A stretch of DNA of 48,638 nt from Octopus bimaculoides. Taxonomy: Eukaryota. Made by a program: the position numbers and the translations under genes. Under the pieces are notes generated by a model. The model saw only the letters and a program-made list of their open reading frames with translations. It was not told the DNA's origin and did not search any database. Every line of letters begins with the position of its first letter. The stretch's first letter is position 1. The DNA is taken from contig NC_068999.1 in NCBI RefSeq assembly GCF_001194135.2, positions 30,654,451 through 30,703,088 of the forward strand, written 5' to 3'. This document shows positions 48,613 through 48,638 of the stretch, in pieces.

Positions 48613-48638
48613 TATATATATATACATATATATATATA
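48481..48638. repeat. (TA)n/(TACA)n microsatellite
   Basis: Seen directly. Confidence 0.95.

Overview
48.6 kb of AT-rich, repeat-dense animal DNA with four N-gaps (7316-8102, 9860-10539, 21216-21459, 38142-38169). The SINE and LINE-tail families look like those of a coleoid cephalopod, probably Octopus (recognition from memory, not a database result). I found no supportable host-gene exon, so the window reads as intron or intergenic DNA. It holds decayed DNA transposons: three mariners, one Tc1 with IR/DR ends, one DD37D/maT, one hAT, Chapaev-like remnants and MITEs. It also holds restriction-like-endonuclease (R4/Dong-type) LINE 3' fragments stacked in (TAA)n tracts, a Gypsy fragment and several SINE families. 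The only stop-free autonomous-type ORF is a 5'-truncated Penelope-like RT + GIY-YIG ORF (6259-8556, spanning a gap). The most interesting signal is a set of small non-coding elements carrying hammerhead-ribozyme-like cores, all built as a truncated inverted copy plus a complete copy with a 3' extension. The clearest case (37815-38426) is a head-to-head pair of tRNA-headed (Pol III A/B box) SINE-like units, each with a minimal type I hammerhead motif, framed by a single 12-bp direct repeat. Ribozyme activity and mobilisation by Penelope-like elements are inferences, not shown.
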